From positions 1,248,001 through 1,312,000 of the forward strand of contig CAWIXE010000002.1 of NCBI GenBank assembly GCA_963840035.1: a DNA stretch of 64,000 nt, written 5' to 3'. The position numbers and the translations under genes are program-made. The notes beneath the pieces are model-generated. The model was not told the DNA's origin. It did not search any database and was given only the letters and a program-made list of their open reading frames with translations. The DNA comes from a candidate division FCPU426 bacterium (GTDB taxonomy: Bacteria; Oederibacteriota; PGYV01; Palsa-1178). Positions 27,002-36,507 of this stretch are shown here, piece after piece (position 1 is the stretch's first letter; the number at the start of each line of letters is the position of its first letter).

Positions 27002-27513
27002 TTTCCTCCGCCTTTCGTCAGCCCGTCCCATATCTCCCGCGCCTTTTGGGCCGGTTTAAATTTAAAACTTGAACCTGCTGCAGTATATAGTTTTGTCGTT
27101 AAGGTTACGCATTCCCTTTTCATGACAGCGGCGAAAAACCCGGACAGCTTTTCCTCATATGTAAGTTTGAACCTTATTCCCTGCAGGTTGTCAAGAAGGC
27201 CGAATGACTCGACTTTTTCCATGCCAATTATCCCCATGGACTCCTGTTCATAACCGAGTTTATCAGCCTGCATCCCGAGTTTGCCGGCGCACTCTGCGGC
27301 AAAAGCTCTGACTTTATCCGCGTCTTTTTCCTCCGCGTCAGCGGTCACATACCGCATCACTTCGCGCTCCACCATGGCAAGCTCAATCCTGCGCAGGGAT
27401 AACAAAGAAAGCTGGTACATTCCCGCAAGAAGAAGAAGGAATACGGGAAGCACGAGCACAAACTCTGTCATTGCCTGGGCGTTGCAGCGTTTTAACAATA
27501 TAAGCCTCCGCAT
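26998..27513 (-). CDS. TadE-like pseudopilin
   Basis: AQAMTEFVLVLPVFLLLL prepilin-like motif. Confidence 0.8.
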   Translation of the reverse strand: MRRLILLKRCNAQAMTEFVLVLPVFLLLLAGMYQLSLLSLRRIELAMVEREVMRYVTADAEEKDADKVRAFAAECAGKLGMQADKLGYEQESMGIIGMEKVESFGLLDNLQGIRFKLTYEEKLSGFFAAVMKRECVTLTTKLYTAAGSSFKFKPAQKAREIWDGLTKGGGK

Positions 27514-27514
27514 G

Positions 27515-27586
27515 ATTTTGAATTTTCAATTTTATATTTTCAATTAAAGGCGTTGATTTTAATTTAAAACATAAAACTGAAAATTA
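27515..27586. repeat. Inverted heptamer element (ATTTTNA)
   Basis: ATTTTGA/ATTTTCA/ATTTTAT/ATTTTCA...TTTAAAA/CATAAAA/CTGAAAA, reaching the stop codon of 27584..28627. Confidence 0.7.
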
Positions 27587-28627
27587 ATGCATTAACAAAT
27601 TATCACTCAAAAAACCAACCGCCTTTGAAAGCCCGCCTTCAGACTCCTGCCCCAGCGCGTCCATTATCTCTTTGGACTGCGTTAAATCCGGGAGTTTTAT
27701 ATGCTCCATGCGCGCTTCATAACCGGCTCCATCCGTTTCCCAAAAATCCATCTTTCCGCCGGAAACGGAAACAAACGACGTCCCCAGAAGCAAATCCGGC
27801 TTAATCTGCCCGCCGTCATCATCCGTAAAAAATCCGCTGCCTAAAACCTGTTTATAGTTGTCTTTGTATGAAACCACCAGCACGGTATGGTCCTGCGAGG
27901 TTTCTATGATATCCAGCGGGACGTCTTTGGGCCCTTCAGCCTTTTCCCTTTTTAAAAACTTATTCCCGCCCGCCTCGCCTTTTCTTATCTTTACACGGTC
28001 ATTTTCATTTTTTCTGGATTTTATATTCTCATTGTACGCGACTTTATCCCTGTCCACATAAACCTTCCTGCCCGTCTTTCCTTCAGTGTAATAATACCTG
28101 TCTTCCCCGTTGTCGGAATCTATGTCAATGATATCCGACAGATACCTGCGCCTGACGTTAAATGAAGGCAGGCATTTGCCCTCCGCGAAACTGTCCACAT
28201 TATAAAAAGGCACTGACACAGCGCCGTTTTCTTTGCCGTTACGAAGAACCATGGCGGCCATGATATATGGAAAGGCTTTTACCCTGTTAAACTCGCCTGT
28301 CCCCGCTATTATGTCCTGCGCTTTCTGAACCTTTTGTATGGCTTCAAGAGTAGCGCCGCCGGCTTCGCCTGCTGTGAGTATGGTCGCTACAATACCTGCC
28401 ACGCCTGTAATGGCCAGCACCTTATTTGTGAGGGAAATTGTATTTAACCCCCTTGCATACCAAAGGCCCGCTTCCATAGCCCCTGAATCAGCGATGTTCT
28501 GCGAGCGGGTTTTCATGTACATCAGGTGCCCTGCCTCAACAACGGCAATAACAAGGATAAACAGGATAAGGAACGCTGCAATGGATACCACAAGCGCCTG
28601 CCCTTTTTTCTTCCTGATGAGTTTCAT
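27584..28627 (-). CDS. TadG-like pseudopilin
   Basis: KGQALV, hydrophobic helix, E.G...SQNIADSGA motif. Confidence 0.8.
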   Translation of the reverse strand: MKLIRKKKGQALVVSIAAFLILFILVIAVVEAGHLMYMKTRSQNIADSGAMEAGLWYARGLNTISLTNKVLAITGVAGIVATILTAGEAGGATLEAIQKVQKAQDIIAGTGEFNRVKAFPYIMAAMVLRNGKENGAVSVPFYNVDSFAEGKCLPSFNVRRRYLSDIIDIDSDNGEDRYYYTEGKTGRKVYVDRDKVAYNENIKSRKNENDRVKIRKGEAGGNKFLKREKAEGPKDVPLDIIETSQDHTVLVVSYKDNYKQVLGSGFFTDDDGGQIKPDLLLGTSFVSVSGGKMDFWETDGAGYEARMEHIKLPDLTQSKEIMDALGQESEGGLSKAVGFLSDNLLMH

Positions 28628-28793
28628 TATTGAACCCTCATTACCGATACAGCTTTAAGGGTATAATAGGGCAACCCCATGGCAGAACCCGCGAGGTGAA
28701 GGATGTTTTTTTGATAAAAACCGAATATTTTATTAACAACAGGTATTTTTAAGGGCATGTTATATGTGACCGTTACTTTTATGAAATCAGCTT

Positions 28794-29851
28794 GCTACAT
28801 TCAATGTTTAAGTGCAACACATCTTGTTAAATGCTTCGTTTGGAGTTTTCCAGCCCAAACATTTCCTTGGTAAATTATTCAGCCAATTTTCAAGTTCTTT
28901 TATCCTGCCGGAGCTTATCATATCAAAGTCTGTGCCTTTTGGGTATATCCTTCTCGCCAATCCTATTGTGTTCTCAACCGTGCCTTTTTCATAGGGACTT
29001 TTTTCATGGCAAAAGTATGATTTACACCCTATCTGTTTATTAATCTTTTCGTGCTCAACATTTTCTTTTCCGTTGTCATAAGTTATGCTTAACCGAACGC
29101 CTTCAGGCACACTTCGTAATGATTTCATTATGTTTCTTCTGTTATGCCTTGCGGTTATTACTCTTAACTTATATATCTTCGTTAACCGTGTTTTTCTTTC
29201 CACTGTAAAGGTTAGTCCTGAATTTTTCTTTTGTAATCCAGCCATTGTGTCGCTTTCCCAATGCCCGACCTGTTTACGTTCGTCTATTTGTTTAGGCCTT
29301 AATTCTATTGATATTTTATTGGGTATACGACCTTTTGTATGCGTCTTTCTCTGACCTTTTAAGTGCCTTTTCATGTGGTGCCTAGTTAAACATCCTCTAA
29401 ATCCCGGCTCTTCTTTATATACAAACATGTATATTGTTTCAGTACTAATACTTTTCCCCGGTAGTTCTTCCGCTATCCTTCCTGAAATTCTTTCAGGAGA
29501 CCAACCGTTTTTAAGTTTATCTATCACATACGACTTTATTGCTGTATCCCTTATTCTGCCCTGGGGGACACTTAATCTTCGTCTGTATGATGTGTTTGCA
29601 TCTCTAGCAACATATTCTCCGGTTTCTATGTTGCTGTTCCTAGTTATTTCTCTGTGTATCGTGGATCTGTGTCTTCCAAGCTCAGCTGCTATTTCACCAA
29701 CTGTGAACCCTTGGTCCTGTAAAATAACAATTTTTGCTCTTTCTTCTATGCCTAAATGCTTGTATAATTTCATTGGTGCAACCTCCTTCTGTATTCTTTA
29801 CTCGACATAAAGATTTTAACAGAAGTGTTGCACTTTTACCTTGAATTCAAG
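28794..29851 (-). mobile_element. IS30-family insertion sequence, 1058 bp
   Basis: Imperfect terminal IRs GCTACATTCAATGTTTAAGTGCAACAC / CTTGAATTCAAGGTAAAAGTGCAACAC; CTT duplicated at 28791-28793 and 29852-29854; AT-rich compared with its flanks. Confidence 0.92.
28808..29773 (-). CDS. IS30-family transposase
   Basis: HTH IAAELGRHRSTIHREITRN, WSPERI, ISTETIY, GHWESD, ITYDNGKE, EKGTVEN. Confidence 0.95.
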   Translation of the reverse strand: MKLYKHLGIEERAKIVILQDQGFTVGEIAAELGRHRSTIHREITRNSNIETGEYVARDANTSYRRRLSVPQGRIRDTAIKSYVIDKLKNGWSPERISGRIAEELPGKSISTETIYMFVYKEEPGFRGCLTRHHMKRHLKGQRKTHTKGRIPNKISIELRPKQIDERKQVGHWESDTMAGLQKKNSGLTFTVERKTRLTKIYKLRVITARHNRRNIMKSLRSVPEGVRLSITYDNGKENVEHEKINKQIGCKSYFCHEKSPYEKGTVENTIGLARRIYPKGTDFDMISSGRIKELENWLNNLPRKCLGWKTPNEAFNKMCCT

Positions 29852-30236
29852 CTTCCGACTTTTCAAACTCATCTTTTTCTATTATTACCCCACCGCCCTG
29901 AAGCCATGACGCCCCGGCTTCGCGCAGAATATCAGAAGCCGAGCCGGCAACATCCCCTGCCGGAGATTTTGAAGGATTCTCCGCCGCCGCCGACATAGAC
30001 TTAAGTATCAAGACTGCTTTACCCGCCTTCTCTTTGCGTTCACCTTCATCCGCGTAAACGCAGGCAACCCTCGCTGTCATGTATGCCGTGTATTTAAGTT
30101 TCATGGCGTTTATGAATATCATGCCCAGCTGCGCGATGCCCAGGACTACAAGCATCATGACAGGTAAAATAACCGCGAACTCAACCATGCTCTGGGCTTT
30201 GTTTGCATATATTATTTTCAACAGTTCACAGTCCTT

Positions 30237-30336
30237 GTAGGGGCGATTCACGAATCGCCCGTCCATGTTATTACGGTATTAAAATCCACCGTTACAAAAC
30301 AAGTCAAAAGTCGGGCGATTCGTGAATCGCCCCTAC
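30237..30336. repeat. GTAG-type REP doublet (REPIN)
   Basis: GTAGGGGCGATTCACGAATCGCCC ... GGGCGATTCGTGAATCGCCCCTAC. Confidence 0.9.
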
Positions 30337-30385
30337 AAGACCAATTCAAACAAAATTCGGACAGCGCAGCCGCATTGTCACCGAT

Positions 30386-30417
30386 AATAAAAAGGCGGGC
30401 CTGGTTTCAGGCCCGCC
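30386..30417 (-). terminator. Intrinsic terminator after the Flp pilin genes
   Basis: GGCGGGCCTG-AAAC-CAGGCCCGCC-TTTTT on the minus strand. Confidence 0.8.
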
Positions 30418-30485
30418 CCGTATTCAGGCAGGACGGCAGCTTAAAGCGGCAAAAAGGAAGGGGTAAGCGCCGCCCTGCGGTCTGG

Positions 30486-30653
30486 TTATTCTCCCACCGC
30501 GCTTTCAACTTTTTCAGCGGCGTTCTGGAAACCTTTGTCCACTTTCTTGCCGAACATCTTAACCGAAGCAAGCACTACAATGGCTATGAGGGCGATAATA
30601 AGTATGTACTCAGTCATGCCCTGCCCTTTCTTTCCCGCGAATAATTTTCTCAT
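30486..30653 (-). CDS. Flp family type IVb pilin
   Basis: KKGQGMTEYILIIALIAIV; ATG 30653 behind AAGGAGG. Confidence 0.9.
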   Translation of the reverse strand: MRKLFAGKKGQGMTEYILIIALIAIVVLASVKMFGKKVDKGFQNAAEKVESAVGE

Positions 30654-30701
30654 GGCTACCTCCTTCTTGTAGTAGAGACGCACTGAGTGCGCCCGCTTTT
30701 T

Positions 30702-30899
30702 TTATGGAAATGGTACGGAATACACCTTTGACATATGTTTTAAATATCCTTTGAGGTAAGCCGCAAATATACCCGTCCCCGCAAGGCATATTAAGGCTGT
30801 GAGGAATAGAATGAGTGCGTACTCGGTGAATGACTGGCCTGCCTGTGAACATAACATCCGTGATACCGCGCCCTTGCCGCGCCTGGTGACTTTGCCCAT
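30702..30899 (-). CDS. Second Flp pilin-like protein
   Basis: AGQSFTEYALILFL; ATG 30899 behind GAGGGG. Confidence 0.7.
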   Translation of the reverse strand: MGKVTRRGKGAVSRMLCSQAGQSFTEYALILFLTALICLAGTGIFAAYLKGYLKHMSKVYSVPFP

Positions 30900-31009
30900 A
30901 AAAACCCCTCTATAAGTTTTTAAGCATTCTGTTAAACGAAAAAACAAATAAACAGAAATATGACATTAGGCTGAAATTGATTGCCCGTAAATCCCTCTAT
31001 ATGGGCGAT

Positions 31010-31038
31010 ATGATATTAAAAAGACGAGAATTTGTCAA
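31010..31038 (-). promoter_or_regulatory. Sigma70 promoter of the Flp/Tad operon
   Basis: TTGACA-17 nt-TATCAT. Confidence 0.7.
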
Positions 31039-31183
31039 TGAAAATTTTTGTATATCTTAATGGCACACCATTAAATATAAGCTAAAATAAACGGGCAGTG
31101 AATCGCGTATGCGCCTCACTGCCCGTTTTCCACTTACGGTTTAAAGTTTATCTCAGAATGATTATCTTCCCCACCTTACTCCT

Positions 31184-31242
31184 GGCCACCCGTGGGCCTC
31201 TCCAGGCTGCGTTTGAGATGGGCACAGGTCCCATCTCTACGG
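31184..31242. repeat. Partial REP doublet related to the in-frame element at 35685
   Basis: GCCACCCGTGGGC...GAGATGGGCACAGGTCCCATCTCTAC. Confidence 0.75.
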
Positions 31243-31266
31243 TTGTCCATGCGGATACAAGGGCTG

Positions 31267-31295
31267 TTGATTTTAACCATGTATGCTGTTAAACT
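31267..31295 (+). promoter_or_regulatory. Putative sigma70 promoter of the glpK operon
   Basis: TTGATT-17 nt-TAAACT with extended -10 TG. Confidence 0.6.
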
Positions 31296-31322
31296 ATATA
31301 CATAATATAAAGGAGGGACCTT

Positions 31323-32825
31323 ATGCCAGAAAAAAAATACGCCGGCGCCGTTGACCAGGGCACTACTTCCACCCGTTTCCTTTTATTTAACCACGCAGGC
31401 GATATCGCCGCTTCCCACCAGATGGAACATAAGCAGATATACCCGCAGGCAGGCTGGGTAGAGCATGACGCTGCGCAGATATGGGATAATACCTGCGAAT
31501 GCGTAAAGCAGGCTTTAAAGAAAGCAAATATTAAAGCGGAAGAAATAGCCTCCATCGGCGTTACCAACCAGCGCGAGACAACCGTGATATGGGACAAGAA
31601 AACCGGTAAACCCCTGCATAACGCCATAGTCTGGCAGGATATGAGGACAGCCGGCATATGTGACGCGCTTGCTAAAAATGGCGGTCAGTACAGGTTTCAA
31701 AAAACTACCGGACTCCCCCTTGCCACATACTTCTCAGCCCCAAAACTTAAATGGCTTTTTGACAACAAACCTGAAATAAAAAAAGCCGCGGAAAACGGGA
31801 CGGCCCTTTTCGGCACCATTGACACCTGGATAATATGGAACTTAACAGGCGGCAGCCACGTGACTGACATATCAAACGCCTCGCGCACCATGCTCATGGA
31901 TTTAAAGACACTTCAGTGGGACAAGTCAATGCTGAAGGTATTCGGGATACCGGAATCTATACTTCCCTCCATAAGGCCTTCATCCGACCCGAAATCATAC
32001 GGGTCAACAAAAACATCAGGCCCATTTGGCATGGAAATACCCGTCATGGGCGACCTTGGCGACCAGCAGGCAGCGCTTTTCGGCCAGACATGCTTTGAAA
32101 AAGGCATGGCAAAAAATACATACGGTACAGGATGCTTCCTTCTGTTAAATACCGGTGAGAAGCCGGTATTTTCAAAGAACGGATTGATAACCACAGCCGG
32201 TTATAAAATCGGGGATTCCCCTGCTGTATACGCCCTTGAAGGTTCTATCGCGGTAGCAGGAGCGCTTGTGCAGTGGTTCCGCGACAAACTCGGCATAATC
32301 ACCTCAGCACCTGAGATAAATTCCCTTGCTTCTAAAGTTGAAGACAACGGCGGAGTTTACTTTGTCCCCGCATTCTCCGGCCTCTTTGCCCCCTACTGGC
32401 GCTCTGACGCGAGAGGCTTGTTAATAGGCTTAACGCACTTTACAGGCAAGGAACATATCGCGCGCGCCGTACTTGAAGCTGTTGACTTCCAGGCAAGGGA
32501 AATTTTCGAAGCCATGGCAAAGGACTCGGGAATAAAACTCACCACCCTTAAAGTAGACGGCGGCATGACAGCCAGCGAACTGTTAATGCAGTTCCAGGCG
32601 GACATACTCAACGTAACAGTCGCAAGGCCCAAGGTTGCGGAAACCACAGCCTTAGGCGCCGCGTACGCGGCAGGCCTGGCTGCAGGGTTCTGGAAGGATC
32701 AGGATGAATTAAAAAAGAACTGGATACTTTCAAAGGAATGGAAACCGCAGATGCCCGAGGAAAAACGGGAGAAATATTTTAAACAATGGAAAAAGGCAGT
32801 TTCTAGGTCCATGGCCTGGATGTAG
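31323..32825 (+). CDS. glpK: Glycerol kinase
   Basis: [40 protein letters not shown]. Confidence 0.97.
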   Translation: MPEKKYAGAVDQGTTSTRFLLFNHAGDIAASHQMEHKQIYPQAGWVEHDAAQIWDNTCECVKQALKKANIKAEEIASIGVTNQRETTVIWDKKTGKPLHNAIVWQDMRTAGICDALAKNGGQYRFQKTTGLPLATYFSAPKLKWLFDNKPEIKKAAENGTALFGTIDTWIIWNLTGGSHVTDISNASRTMLMDLKTLQWDKSMLKVFGIPESILPSIRPSSDPKSYGSTKTSGPFGMEIPVMGDLGDQQAALFGQTCFEKGMAKNTYGTGCFLLLNTGEKPVFSKNGLITTAGYKIGDSPAVYALEGSIAVAGALVQWFRDKLGIITSAPEINSLASKVEDNGGVYFVPAFSGLFAPYWRSDARGLLIGLTHFTGKEHIARAVLEAVDFQAREIFEAMAKDSGIKLTTLKVDGGMTASELLMQFQADILNVTVARPKVAETTALGAAYAAGLAAGFWKDQDELKKNWILSKEWKPQMPEEKREKYFKQWKKAVSRSMAWM

Positions 32826-32991
32826 GGGACGCGCTCCTGCGCGTCCCGCCAAGCTTTGGAACGCGGCTTTAAGATCTAATACCATGCTGACAGCACTTGT
32901 AGGGGACGCGCTCCTGCGCGTCCCGCCAATGCTTTAGAACGCGGCTTTAAGATCTAATACCATGCGGACAGCGCGGGAGCGCTGTCCCTAC
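32822..32991. repeat. REP doublet with a 77-bp tandem duplication
   Basis: GTAGGGGACGCGCTCCTGCGCGTCCC units at 32822 and 32899, closed by GGACAGCGCGGGAGCGCTGTCCCTAC. Confidence 0.9.
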
Positions 32992-33003
32992 AAAGGAAAA
33001 AAA

Positions 33004-34482
33004 ATGAAAAACAAGTACGACATCATCATAATAGGTTCCGGCATTGTTGGTTCCCTTGTTGCCCGCTATCTGTCCCGTTATGAGCTGTCTGTGCTTGTCA
33101 TTGAAAAAGAAATAGACGTCGGCATGTGCCCTTCTTCCGCAAACTCAGCCATCATACACGCGGGTTATGACCCGCTTCCGGGAACCTTGAAGGCAAAAAT
33201 GAATGCCGAAGGCAATAAAACATGGCATAAACTCGCGCCCGAGCTTGGCATTATTTATGAAAAAACAGGCAGCCTTGTAGTTGCCGTAGGTGATAACGAA
33301 CTTCCCCACCTGAAAGAACTCTATGACCGCGGCATTGCAAATAACATCCCCGGAATCGCTTTAATAGGCAAAGAAGAACTCATAAAACGCGAGCCCATGA
33401 TAAACCCGGAAGCTTCAGGCGCGCTCTGGGCGCCTTCCGCCGCTGTCATTGACCCTTTTGGCGCTGTCCTTGCCGCTGCCGAGAACGCCGTGGAAAACGG
33501 CGTCACTTACCTCTTTGAAACCGAATTTTTAGAATTTATTCTTGGTAGGGACAGCGCTCCCGCGCTGTCCGCACGGGTCATAGGCGTTAAAACCACAAAA
33601 GGCGATTTCTTCGCCAAGTGGTGCGTCAATTCAGCGGGCTTGTATTCAGACGAGGTCAGCCATAAAGCGGGTATAAGAAACGAATTCGTAATCACCCCCC
33701 GCAAAGGCAGCTACCTTATATTTGACCCGGCCGCGGTACACCTGAACAACGTGATATTCCCTGTTCCTTCTGATAAAGGCAAAGGAATACTTGTATCCAC
33801 AACCACACACGGCAATGTCCTCATAGGCCCGAATAATGAACCCTGCGGGAACAAAGAAGACTCATCCACTACAGCCGCCGGTTTTGAAGAAGTATTTAAC
33901 GGCGCGAAAAAGCTGGTCCCGTCGCTTGCCTTAAAGAACGTTATTGCCTCCTACAGCGGCATCAGGGCCACAGGCAACCACGTGAAAGTAAGAGACTATA
34001 TAATAGAAACTCCAGCCGAAGTTAAAGGCTTTATCAACATATGCGGCATTGAATCCCCCGGCTTCGCGTCAGCCCCGGCTATCGCTTTATACGTTGTGGA
34101 ACTGCTAAAGGCGCAGGGCGAGATTCTAAATGAGAAACCGGACTGGAACCCTGTAAGGAAACCAAAGGTCCACTTCCATATGCTTTCAAACGCTGAAAAA
34201 GCCGAACTTATAAGGTCCAATCCCTCTTATGGCAGGATTGTATGCCGCTGTGAGGAAATAACTGAAGGCGAGATTTTAGACGCCATCCACTCCAATATCC
34301 CTGCCCGCACATACGATGGCATCAAACGCAGGACATGGCTGGGCACAGGCAGGTGCCAGGGGGCGTTTGATTATCCAAGGGTAATACAGATACTCGCGAA
34401 GGAACTCGGAATACCTGAGACAGAAGTCACAAAGAAGGGCAAAGGAAGCGAGCTGGTATTTAGAAGAACAAAACAACTGTAA
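33004..34482 (+). CDS. FAD-dependent glycerol-3-phosphate dehydrogenase-like subunit with BFD-type [2Fe-2S] domain
   Basis: IIGSGIVG, NSAIIHAG, VCRCE...GRCQG; follows glpK; start set at ATG 33004. Confidence 0.85.
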   Translation: MKNKYDIIIIGSGIVGSLVARYLSRYELSVLVIEKEIDVGMCPSSANSAIIHAGYDPLPGTLKAKMNAEGNKTWHKLAPELGIIYEKTGSLVVAVGDNELPHLKELYDRGIANNIPGIALIGKEELIKREPMINPEASGALWAPSAAVIDPFGAVLAAAENAVENGVTYLFETEFLEFILGRDSAPALSARVIGVKTTKGDFFAKWCVNSAGLYSDEVSHKAGIRNEFVITPRKGSYLIFDPAAVHLNNVIFPVPSDKGKGILVSTTTHGNVLIGPNNEPCGNKEDSSTTAAGFEEVFNGAKKLVPSLALKNVIASYSGIRATGNHVKVRDYIIETPAEVKGFINICGIESPGFASAPAIALYVVELLKAQGEILNEKPDWNPVRKPKVHFHMLSNAEKAELIRSNPSYGRIVCRCEEITEGEILDAIHSNIPARTYDGIKRRTWLGTGRCQGAFDYPRVIQILAKELGIPETEVTKKGKGSELVFRRTKQL

Positions 34483-34515
34483 CGTCGGCTTTGCAGCCAC
34501 TTTACAACAGTTTTT

Positions 34516-34603
34516 GTAGAGAGGGGGCTTGCCCCCTCTCAGCGCTGGCTCAAACAACCGGTTTATAAACCCGGCGTAGAGAGGGGGCAAGCCCCCTCTC
34601 TAC
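34516..34603. repeat. Two GTAG-type REPs
   Basis: GTAGAGAGGGGGCTTGCCCCCTCTC and GTAGAGAGGGGGCAAGCCCCCTCTCTAC. Confidence 0.85.
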
Positions 34604-34637
34604 AGTAGTTATAAAAATTTGATAAAAAGGAATACCC

Positions 34638-35987
34638 ATGAACAAAACGTACGACGTAATAATAATCGGCGCCGGGCCGGCTGGCCTTGCAGCCGCCATA
34701 GAGGCTAAAAATACAGGGGCAAAAGACGTGCTCATCATTGAGCGAAATGACGAGCCCGGAGGCATACTTCCCCAGTGCATACATAATGGCTTTGGCTCGG
34801 TCATATTTAAAAAAGACCTTCCCGGGCCTTTATACGCGCACAACTTCATTCAAGAGGCAAAGGCAGCCGGGGTTGAAATGCTTCTTGATACAATGGTCCT
34901 GGATATAAACCCTGCGCGCCGCATTTCAGCTACAAATAAGCAGCTTGGCTTTATCGAACTTGACGCAAAAGCCGTCATCCTTGCCATGGGGTGCCGCGAG
35001 CGCACGCGCGCGCAGATACGTATACCAGGCGAGAGGCCAGCGGGTGTTTATACCGCCGGCATGGTACAACGGCTGGTCAATATCGAAGGTCTTATGCCGG
35101 GCAAAAACTTCGTTATATTGGGCTCCGGTGATATCGGCATGATAATGGCAAGAAGACTGACTCTGGAAGGCGCTAATGTACTTAAGGTTGTAGAGCTTAT
35201 GCCCTATCTGACCGGCCTGCGCAGGAATTATGTTCAGTGCCTGCAGGACTTTTCCATCCCCCTTTCGCTTTCAACAACCATAAAAAAAATAATCGGAAAA
35301 AGCCGCGTCGAAGCCGTCGAGACCGTAAAGGTGGATGAATCATTAAGGCCAATCGCCGGCACTGAAGAGATTATACCTTGCGACACGCTTTTATTATCCG
35401 TAGGGCTTATCCCTGAAAACGAACTTTCCAAGAAAGCAGGCGTAATTCTCGACCCTCTGACAGGCGGTCCGATTGTGGATGAGAACATGGCCACAAACGT
35501 CCCCGGCATATTTGCCGCGGGTAACGTGGTAACTATTTACGACCTCGCGGATTATGTCTCCAAAGCCGGCATGATAGCGGGCAAAAACGCGGCAATGTAC
35601 GCGTCGGGAAAAAACACAGTAAAAAAATATACGGAATTAAAGCCAGGTGACGGAGTAAGGACTGTTGTGCCCCAGAGAATCAACGTAGAGACGCCACCCG
35701 TGGGCGTCTCCGGGCCTGCTGAGACGGGCACGGGTCCCGTCTCTACGGAGCTATTACTTGAACTCCGCGTAACCCGCGAGTTCCCCTCGGCTGTAATGGT
35801 TGAGATTGTAGACGGCGATAAGGTCATATTTTCCCACAGGGAAAAATACGCCCGCCCCGCGGAAATGATAACAATAAAGGCCAAGACCGAGGATTTTCTT
35901 TCAAAAATCAGCAAAGACTCTAATGGATTGACTGTACGCATAACGCCAGCGCATAATCCCATGACACAAGACTCAGTACCCAGGTAG
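34638..35987 (+). CDS. FAD/NAD(P)-dependent pyridine nucleotide-disulfide oxidoreductase
   Basis: IIGAGPAG, GGILPQCIHNGFG, GCRER, GSGDIG, FAAGNV. Confidence 0.9.
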   Translation: MNKTYDVIIIGAGPAGLAAAIEAKNTGAKDVLIIERNDEPGGILPQCIHNGFGSVIFKKDLPGPLYAHNFIQEAKAAGVEMLLDTMVLDINPARRISATNKQLGFIELDAKAVILAMGCRERTRAQIRIPGERPAGVYTAGMVQRLVNIEGLMPGKNFVILGSGDIGMIMARRLTLEGANVLKVVELMPYLTGLRRNYVQCLQDFSIPLSLSTTIKKIIGKSRVEAVETVKVDESLRPIAGTEEIIPCDTLLLSVGLIPENELSKKAGVILDPLTGGPIVDENMATNVPGIFAAGNVVTIYDLADYVSKAGMIAGKNAAMYASGKNTVKKYTELKPGDGVRTVVPQRINVETPPVGVSGPAETGTGPVSTELLLELRVTREFPSAVMVEIVDGDKVIFSHREKYARPAEMITIKAKTEDFLSKISKDSNGLTVRITPAHNPMTQDSVPR

Positions 35988-36018
35988 ACAACCTGGGTCA
36001 TGGGTCTTGAGCCTTGAG
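35958..36018. repeat. Inverted heptamer element overlapping the oxidoreductase C-terminus
   Basis: CCCATGA/CACAAGA/CTCAGTA/CCCAGGT-AGACA-ACCTGGG/TCATGGG/TCTTGAG/CCTTGAG. Confidence 0.75.
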
Positions 36019-36042
36019 ACCGCTTTTACCGGAGGTTTATTC

Positions 36043-36402
36043 ATGCAACGCAAGTACATTTGTATCCGCTGTCCTCAGGGCTGTGAAGTCACAACCACGC
36101 TTGACGGCAACGGCGCCATAACAGAAATTACAGGCAATTCCTGCAAACTTGGGATTGATTATGTAAAAGCCGAGTCCACTGACCCGCGCCGCACTCTTAC
36201 AACCACAGTCATGGTGGAAGGCGGGCGCCATCCCCTGTGCCCCGTGTGGACGGAAAAACCCATACCAAAGGATAAGATATTGAAGGCCGCGGATGAATTA
36301 AGGGGCATAAAATTAAAGGCGCCTGTCATGGCAAACCAGATAATACTGGAAAATATCGCGGGGACGGGAATAAATGTGATTGCCAGTACGGACATTGGCT
36401 GA
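36043..36402 (+). CDS. DUF1667-family CxxCPxGC small subunit
   Basis: CIRCPQGC, GNSC, PRRTLTTTV; ATG 36043 behind GGAGG. Confidence 0.85.
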   Translation: MQRKYICIRCPQGCEVTTTLDGNGAITEITGNSCKLGIDYVKAESTDPRRTLTTTVMVEGGRHPLCPVWTEKPIPKDKILKAADELRGIKLKAPVMANQIILENIAGTGINVIASTDIG

Positions 36403-36507
36403 TTCTAAATTCTAGATTCCGGATTCTGGATTACAATCAAATACCAAATAAAACAACACCGCATTTCCCCGCATCAATCCAGAATCTAGAATTCAGAATC
36501 CAGAATC
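36401..36507. repeat. Inverted heptamer element (GATTCTN / NAGAATC) between convergent genes
   Basis: Five-unit and four-unit arms; overlaps both stop codons. Confidence 0.85.

Larger units (their letters stand above)
28627..30221 (-). pseudogene. TadE-like pseudopilin interrupted by IS30
   Basis: 5' part KAQSMVEFAVILP...EKSE (30221..29852); 3' part ADFIKVTVTYNMPLKIP...VMRVQ* (to 28627) rejoins in frame when the IS and one copy of the duplication are removed; the TTG start at 30221 is uncertain. Confidence 0.85.

Noticed and set aside
30900..31005. c-di-GMP riboswitch in the pilin leader
   Set aside because: No GEMM core motifs recognised; only a weak GCCC/GGGC stem
32822..32991. Mini CRISPR array
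   Set aside because: The sequence between repeats is duplicated too; GTAG-REP structure; no cas genes
32962..33003. Extended N-termini in the ORF track (also 30266, 36007, 56298, 23809, 3241)
   Set aside because: They run through repeats or overlapping genes; downstream starts have better SD and family fit
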